NCBI GenBank assembly: GCA_963692915.1
Contig: OY843584.1
Span: 631,186-663,185 of the forward strand
Reading direction: 5' to 3'
DNA length: 32,000 nt
Source of the DNA: Cenarchaeum sp.
GTDB lineage: Archaea > Thermoproteota > Nitrososphaeria > Nitrososphaerales > Nitrosopumilaceae
Shown: piece by piece, positions 27,647 to 32,000 of the stretch
Layout: each line of letters opens with the position of its first letter
Position numbering within the stretch: the stretch's first letter is position 1
The notes under the pieces: model-generated
Databases searched by the model: none
What the model was told of the DNA's origin: nothing
The model's input: only the letters and a program-made list of their open reading frames with translations
Position numbers and translations under genes: made by a program

Positions 27647-28789
27647 CTAGAGTCGGCGAACAGTCCCAAACATCGTGTCGCGCTGGATTGGCGTGCGCCC
27701 AATCTCGCGAACGAGCGCGCCGAGCTCGTCAACGGAAGAGCCAGTGGACTTGCCGGCGGCCCTGTATATCTCCTCAGAGAACGCGGTCCCGACGAGGTCG
27801 TTGCCGCCGTTGGAGAGGGCGACCTGCGCGAGCTTTTTTCCGTACGCGACCCAATAGACCGAGATGTTGTCTAGCGCGCCGGCGAGCATGAGGCGCGAGG
27901 CGGCCATGACGCGCAGGTCGTATATCGAGGAGCACTCGGCAGTCACGTCCCCGTCGCGGACCAGCTCCGTGTTCTCTAGGCTGAACTTTAGCGGGATGAA
28001 CGTGATAAACCCACCAGTCCTCTTTTGGAGCTCGCGCACGCGCAAGAGGTGGTCAACGACATGCTCGGGCCGCTCGACGTGCCCGTATAGCATCGTCACG
28101 TTGCTCCTTATGCCCTGCCTGTGCGCCTCCTCGACTGTGTCAAGCCACTCCTGGCCGCTGCACTTGCCGCGCACGACCCTCTTGCGCACGTCCGGATGGA
28201 GTATCTCGGCGCCCCCGCCGGGAAGCGTGTCAAGGCCGGCGTCCTTTAGCCTCGAGAGAATCTCGCGCACGCTGACTTTTGTGAGGGCCGAGAGGTAGAA
28301 TATCTCGGCTGCCGTGAACGCCTTTATATGCATGTCCGGCTGGCTCTTTTTTATCGAGCGCATCATCTCCTCATAGTACTCGAGGGGAAGCTTTGGGTGA
28401 AACCCGCCGACAATGTGGACCTCCGTTGCGCCCATGCCCCGCGCCGCCGAGACGCGCGCAGTTATCTGCTCGGCGCTAAGCGTGTACGCGTCATCATCGC
28501 CGGCCTTGCGATAGAAAGCGCACATTTGGCAGCTCGCAGCGCAGACGTTGGTATAGTTCATGTAGTAGGATGCGGCAAACGTCACGGCATCGCCCACGCT
28601 CCGGCGGCGAACCTCGTCGGCGACGGCGCCGACCATGTGCAGGTTTTCAAGCGAGAAGATCTCCATGCCGTCCTCGGCGTCAAGCTCCTCGCCCGCAAGG
28701 GCCCGCTCAAGCGCGCGTGACTTGCCCACTAGGCTCTCTAGCACAAGGGCGCGCAGCAGGCGGGCAAATATAACGCTTGAGCGCGCCAC
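27647..28789 (-). CDS. Radical SAM enzyme of the MqnC/MqnE/CofH family (futalosine-pathway or FO-synthase type)
   Basis: NYTNVCAASCQMCAFY contains the CxxxCxxC cluster motif in the NYTN(V/I)C context of this family. The C-terminal GGNDLVGTAFSEEIYRAAG...PIQRDTMFG matches the family C-terminal signature. A TATA box (TTATATTT on minus, plus-strand 28766-28773) lies inside the listed ORF, 22-29 nt upstream of an in-frame GTG at 28744, so 28744 is the likelier start (365 aa). Confidence 0.8.
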   Translation of the reverse strand: MARSSVIFARLLRALVLESLVGKSRALERALAGEELDAEDGMEIFSLENLHMVGAVADEVRRRSVGDAVTFAASYYMNYTNVCAASCQMCAFYRKAGDDDAYTLSAEQITARVSAARGMGATEVHIVGGFHPKLPLEYYEEMMRSIKKSQPDMHIKAFTAAEIFYLSALTKVSVREILSRLKDAGLDTLPGGGAEILHPDVRKRVVRGKCSGQEWLDTVEEAHRQGIRSNVTMLYGHVERPEHVVDHLLRVRELQKRTGGFITFIPLKFSLENTELVRDGDVTAECSSIYDLRVMAASRLMLAGALDNISVYWVAYGKKLAQVALSNGGNDLVGTAFSEEIYRAAGKSTGSSVDELGALVREIGRTPIQRDTMFGTVRRL

Positions 28790-28909
28790 AGTCCTGCGCC
28801 ACCTGCGCGCAAATGTCGGGGAATTCCTGGACCAGTGTGCGCCATGGCGCCGCCAGAGAGCTTAATCGCGCAGGAGACCGCATCAGGCCAGAGTCCACGG
28901 CCCATGGCA

Positions 28910-28928
28910 GGCTATATCATATATAGCC
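28910..28928. promoter_or_regulatory. Palindromic TATA element GGCTATAT-CAT-ATATAGCC upstream of cassette gene A1
   Basis: Perfect 8-bp arms with a 3-nt spacer, ending 21 nt upstream of the ATG at 28949. An identical element with identical spacing sits upstream of A2 (31402-31420). Confidence 0.55.
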
Positions 28929-28948
28929 GCGCAGCGCAGAATTCGCGC

Positions 28949-29557
28949 ATGACGTCTGCCTATTGGAGAGCGCACGGGGACCCACCAATAGTCGTTGGGA
29001 CTGCGGCGACGACGATATACATGCTAGGCATCATACTGGTCATAGCAAGGGTCACCGGAATCGTCCACGACGTCGGATCGTTTGGCGCCGTCATTGGGAC
29101 CATGGCGTTGGGGTTTATGGTCTACATATTTGTAAAGACCACAACGCGCGACAGCAAGGCCGAGCGAGGCAGAGAGTATGAATTGAGGGAGGCTGACAGT
29201 GAAAATATCAGTCGATTGACACGCATAATCGAGCAGTGTGAGATATCGCTGCTAAAATTAGAGCAGCATAAAGAAACATCCAAGGAAAGATTAATCATGG
29301 AGTTACAATATGTGCGAGATCGGACAGACATTATTTTAACAAATTATGAGAAGTATTTGAGTCCAGAAGGCAGAAAACTAGTTGGAATCATTAAGGACAT
29401 AATCGACGAGATGAGGTTTAATGGCCATGCAGGAAATACACGCACGGATGACGCGATTAAAAACATAGTACAATTAAAACAACACGTAATGGATGTGGAT
29501 GATCAAGAGCTCAAAAGAAACAGAGAGTCGACCATGCATGGAACGCCAGATCAGTAG
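28949..29557 (+). CDS. Uncharacterised membrane protein 'A1': two N-terminal TM helices plus a charged coiled-coil-like tail (203 aa)
   Basis: Hydrophobic segments PPIVVGTAATTIYMLGIILVIARVTGIV and FGAVIGTMALGFMVYIFV are followed by a Glu/Lys/Arg-rich helical-looking region. The ORF track starts at 28835. However, a 1-nt indel between the two copies (gcaggagaccgc versus gcaaggaccgc) puts the upstream parts in different frames. ATG 28949/31441 is the only start codon shared by both copies, and it sits 21 nt after the conserved TATA palindrome. Confidence 0.65.
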   Translation: MTSAYWRAHGDPPIVVGTAATTIYMLGIILVIARVTGIVHDVGSFGAVIGTMALGFMVYIFVKTTTRDSKAERGREYELREADSENISRLTRIIEQCEISLLKLEQHKETSKERLIMELQYVRDRTDIILTNYEKYLSPEGRKLVGIIKDIIDEMRFNGHAGNTRTDDAIKNIVQLKQHVMDVDDQELKRNRESTMHGTPDQ

Positions 29558-29582
29558 AGGCAGATTTGTGCCCAACTGGACA

Positions 29583-30143
29583 TTAGCGCATATAGCCCAA
29601 CTGGAGCATCTCGTCATAAACTTGCTCTATCTGTTTTTTTGTGTAGGTTGGTTTTATGAACGCAACATATTTGGGCAATTCTGCCCCAACAATCCTATCG
29701 CGAAATTCAACATGAATTAGCGTACTTGCAATTTCAAGCCAAGCGAGATCATGCGTATGCGCAAACTGTAAAAATTCGTCTTTGCGAACCCAGTGACCAA
29801 GGCGTTTAGAATCCGCCTCAGATATGTCAGGCAAGAGATAGTAATCACTGGCAAGTTGCGGGGAATACGGTCCATGTTCCAAAAGTCCATGGGAATAGCT
29901 AAATCCCAGTTGAAACACATTTTTGGCAAAATAGAGATACAGTTGGATTTTGACGCGTTCGTGTTCTGACGCATCTCTGGGGTTTTTGCCACAGTCGATC
30001 AATTTATGCTCAAGAAGGAGCTTGAGGAGCGGAGCCGTGTTTGGATCGGGAATTTGTGGATCACTCAAAATACCCGGCATGTCTTCCGTGGCACGCTCGG
30101 ATACTGTACCATATGCAGTGGAAGCCATGCTATGGCACCCCAC
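29583..30143 (-). CDS. Uncharacterised protein 'B1' with Panacea/SocA (DUF4065)-like motif; 5' end frameshifted relative to paralog B2 (possible pseudogene)
   Basis: 186-aa ORF paralogous to 30609-31193. ERVKIQLYLYFAKNVF...HGPYSPQLASDY resembles the K-L-Q-K-L-L-Y-(F/Y)-A ... GP-V/Y ... Y core of the Panacea/SocA antitoxin-like domain, recalled from memory and not HMM-tested. The ATG homologous to the B2 start is at 30171 and runs into a stop at 30130-30132. The body is only reachable from GTG 30143 or ATG 30128. Confidence 0.5.
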   Translation of the reverse strand: MGCHSMASTAYGTVSERATEDMPGILSDPQIPDPNTAPLLKLLLEHKLIDCGKNPRDASEHERVKIQLYLYFAKNVFQLGFSYSHGLLEHGPYSPQLASDYYLLPDISEADSKRLGHWVRKDEFLQFAHTHDLAWLEIASTLIHVEFRDRIVGAELPKYVAFIKPTYTKKQIEQVYDEMLQLGYMR

Positions 30144-30171
30144 AGACCCAGTCTGCTCCCCGCGTCACCAT

Positions 30172-30287
30172 GACTCGGCATAATGGCCCAAATGATTTAA
30201 CTGTTTTTGGAATTCCACGCGCGGGAATCGGGCATTCCTGCCCATTTTGGCCAAACGGGCGCGATCCCGCCGATCCGTTTACCGCAA
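30172..30287. repeat. Conserved B-gene upstream/control block 'U', copy 1
   Basis: Near-identical to 31194-31309 (offset 1022). Contains TATA-like TAAATCATTT (minus, ~30190-30200), GGAATTCC (30209-30216) and GGAAT-N5-ATTCC (30224-30238). Confidence 0.8.
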
Positions 30288-30608
30288 CGACGCCCGCCGG
30301 GGGCGCCGTGGCCAGGCTCCACTGCGCCCTGCCGCGAATGTTCGCGTTCTGCACGTCGGCGTCGAGCCCACGAACGGCACCGCCGAGGGGGCGCTGCGGC
30401 ACGGGGCCGTGCGCCGCAAGGCAGGCGGCCAGCGAAAGTGGAGCGCCGCCACGGCCGAGCGCATGCCTACCACCCCGGTATGCCTCTTCACGTGGGGATC
30501 CACGGGATAGAGCACGGCCGGGGAGGTCATGCTGGCGATCCGGGTGCTGACCTCATGATGCACGTAACTCCAAATCAGTAAAAAGGCAGATTCGTGCCCA
30601 ACTGCGCA

Positions 30609-31193
30609 TTAGCGCATATAGCCCAACTGGAGTAGCTCGTCATAAACTTGCTCTACCTGTTTTTTTGTGTAGGTTGGTTTTGTGGACGCAACGTATTTGG
30701 GCAATTCTGGTCCAACAATCCTATCGCGGAATTCAACATGAATTAGCGTACTTGCAATTTCAAGCCAAGTGAGATCATGCGTATGCGCAAACTGTAAAAA
30801 TTCGTCCATGCGAGACCAATAGGCAATATACTGGGAATCCGCCTCAGATATGTCAGGTAAAAGACGATAGTCACTGACAAGTCCCGGGGAATGTGCCCCA
30901 TGTCTAAAAAGCACATGATAATAGCTGAATGCCAGATCAAACACATTTTGGGCAAAAAAGACACACAGTTGGATTTTGATGCGGTCGTTTTCTGACGCAT
31001 CTCTGGGGTTTTTGTCACAGTCGATCAATTTGTGCTCAAAAAGGAGCTTGAGGAAAGAGGCTGTGTTGGGATCGGGAATTCGTGGATCATTCAAAATACT
31101 TGGCATGTCCACCGTGGCACGCTCAGACACTGCTCGATATGCCGGAGGAACAACGTAGTACCCACAGTCCCAGTATGCCCTCCACGCCATCAT
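30609..31193 (-). CDS. Uncharacterised protein 'B2' with Panacea/SocA (DUF4065)-like motif (194 aa)
   Basis: Intact paralog of B1 (DRIKIQLCVFFAQNVF...HGAHSPGLVSDY). The ATG at 31193 lies 19 nt downstream of a TATA-like TAAATTATTT (minus, ~31212-31222). Confidence 0.6.
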   Translation of the reverse strand: MMAWRAYWDCGYYVVPPAYRAVSERATVDMPSILNDPRIPDPNTASFLKLLFEHKLIDCDKNPRDASENDRIKIQLCVFFAQNVFDLAFSYYHVLFRHGAHSPGLVSDYRLLPDISEADSQYIAYWSRMDEFLQFAHTHDLTWLEIASTLIHVEFRDRIVGPELPKYVASTKPTYTKKQVEQVYDELLQLGYMR

Positions 31194-31309
31194 GTCCCAA
31201 CAGAATTACCCAAATAATTTAACCGTTTTTGGAATTCCACGCACGGGAATCTGGCATTCCTGCCCATTTTGGCCAAATGGGCGTGATCCTGCCGATCCGT
31301 TTACCGCAA
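31194..31309. repeat. Conserved B-gene upstream/control block 'U', copy 2 (here fused to the A2 promoter region)
   Basis: Contains GGAATTCC (31231-31238) and GGAAT-N5-ATTCC (31246-31260). It is followed by a third GGAATTCC (31315-31322) and GGAATTCG (31430-31437) flanking the TATA palindrome. Confidence 0.8.
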
Positions 31310-31401
31310 TGGGGGGAATTCCTGCCCATGTGCGCCATAGCGCCACCGGAGAGCTTAATCGTGCAAGGACCGCATCAGGCCAAAGTCCACGGCTCAGGGC
31401 A

Positions 31402-31420
31402 GGCTATATCATATATAGCC
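31402..31420. promoter_or_regulatory. Palindromic TATA element upstream of cassette gene A2
   Basis: Same 19-nt GGCTATAT-CAT-ATATAGCC as at 28910-28928, and the same 39-nt distance from its first base to the ATG. Confidence 0.55.
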
Positions 31421-31440
31421 GGGCAGCGTGGAATTCGTGC

Positions 31441-32000
31441 ATGACGTCTGCCTATTGGAAAGCGCACGGCGACCCGCCAATAGTCGTGGGGACTGCGGCG
31501 ACCACGATATACATGCTAGGCATCATACTGGCCATAGCAAGGGTCACCGGAATCGTCCACGACGTCGGATCGTTTGGCGCCGTCATTGGGACCATGGCGT
31601 TGGGGTTTATGGTCTACATATTTGTGAATAACACAACGCGCGACAACAAGGCCGAGCGGGGCAAAGAGTATGAATTGAGGGAGGCTGACAGTGAAAACAT
31701 CAGTCGATTAACACACATAATCGAGAAGTGTGCGATAACGCTGCGAAAATTAAATCAACATAAAGAAACATCCAAGGAAAGACCAGACATGGCAATACAA
31801 CGCCTGCTAGGACTGATAGACAATATTTCAACGAATTATGAGAAGTATTTGAGTCTAGACGGCCAGAAACTAGTCGGAATTATTAGGGACACAGTTGATG
31901 AGATGATGTTTAACGATCAAGAAGGAAAGATACACATGGATGACGCGATTAAAAATATCGTACAATTAAAACAACACGTAATGGATGTAGATGATCAAGA
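31441..32000 (+). CDS. Uncharacterised membrane protein 'A2', paralog of A1, 3' end cut by the window edge
   Basis: My own translation from ATG 31441 is open to the window end: MTSAYWKAHGDPPIVVGTAATTIYMLGIILAIARVTGIVHDVGSFGAVIGTMALGFMVYIFVNNTTRD...DAIKNIVQLKQHVMDVDDQ. The TM region is nearly identical to A1 and the coiled-coil part is more diverged. It is absent from the ORF track because it has no stop in the window. Confidence 0.65.
   Translation, partial: MTSAYWKAHGDPPIVVGTAATTIYMLGIILAIARVTGIVHDVGSFGAVIGTMALGFMVYIFVNNTTRDNKAERGKEYELREADSENISRLTHIIEKCAITLRKLNQHKETSKERPDMAIQRLLGLIDNISTNYEKYLSLDGQKLVGIIRDTVDEMMFNDQEGKIHMDDAIKNIVQLKQHVMDVDDQ

Noticed and set aside
28835-28948. N-terminal extension of A1 to the ORF-track start at 28835
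   Set aside because: A 1-nt indel between the A1 and A2 upstream regions puts the homologous segments in different frames. The TATA palindrome lies inside the extension, and the only start codon shared by both copies is 28949/31441.
30207-30581. 124-aa plus-strand ORF (MEFHARESG...) and overlapping 94-aa and 90-aa minus-strand ORFs across block U1 and the GC-rich insert
   Set aside because: Their products are extremely Arg/Pro/Ala/Gly-rich. The U part is better explained as a conserved control region: between U1 and U2 I counted 2 synonymous and 3 nonsynonymous changes in that frame. There are no motifs.
1-32000. Search for tRNA/rRNA genes, integrases, transposases, IS ends or att-like direct repeats bounding the accessory blocks
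   Set aside because: None was recognised by eye in any intergenic region or ORF translation. No mobile-element boundaries are therefore claimed, despite the compositional shift at about 29.1 kb.

Overview
High-GC (roughly 58-65% by eye) archaeal segment that looks thaumarchaeote-like. This rests on EF-2 and PGK sequence character and on TATA boxes 20-30 nt upstream of start codons, which implies leaderless mRNAs; the taxonomy is inference only. Housekeeping genes frame the window: aEF-2 (cut at the left edge), phosphoglycerate kinase (26129-27349) and an MqnC/MqnE/CofH-type radical SAM enzyme (27647-28789). Between them lies an accessory block in two parts. (i) A divergently transcribed pair: an XPD/DinG-like Fe-S helicase (2006-3796, minus) and a 982-aa VirD4/HerA-FtsK-like P-loop ATPase (4001-6949, plus) with an unassignable N-terminal third and a wHTH plus degenerate nuclease-like tail. 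(ii) A tandem, same-strand duplication of about 9.3 kb, each copy carrying one giant gene (3057 aa and 2957 aa) for a signal-peptide-bearing Ig-like-repeat surface protein. The two copies are mosaic. Promoter, signal peptide and the last 342 aa are almost identical, while internal blocks are strongly diverged. One copy has an extra 330-bp domain repeat, and each promoter is preceded by a long homopolymer (G19 versus G17 on the coding strand). The pgk/radical-SAM convergent spacer holds three and a half tandem ~63-bp repeats. From about 29.1 kb to the right edge the composition drops to about 40% GC. That stretch contains a repeated cassette of two uncharacterised genes: a 2-TM plus coiled-coil protein ('A') and a ~190-aa protein ('B') with a Panacea/SocA (DUF4065)-like motif. 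GGAATTCC-type palindromes and a palindromic TATA element lie in its control regions. One B copy has a frameshifted 5' end and one A copy has been replaced by GC-rich DNA. I consider this cassette array and the helicase/ATPase pair the best candidates for an undescribed system. No rRNA, tRNA, CRISPR array, integrase or transposase was recognised.
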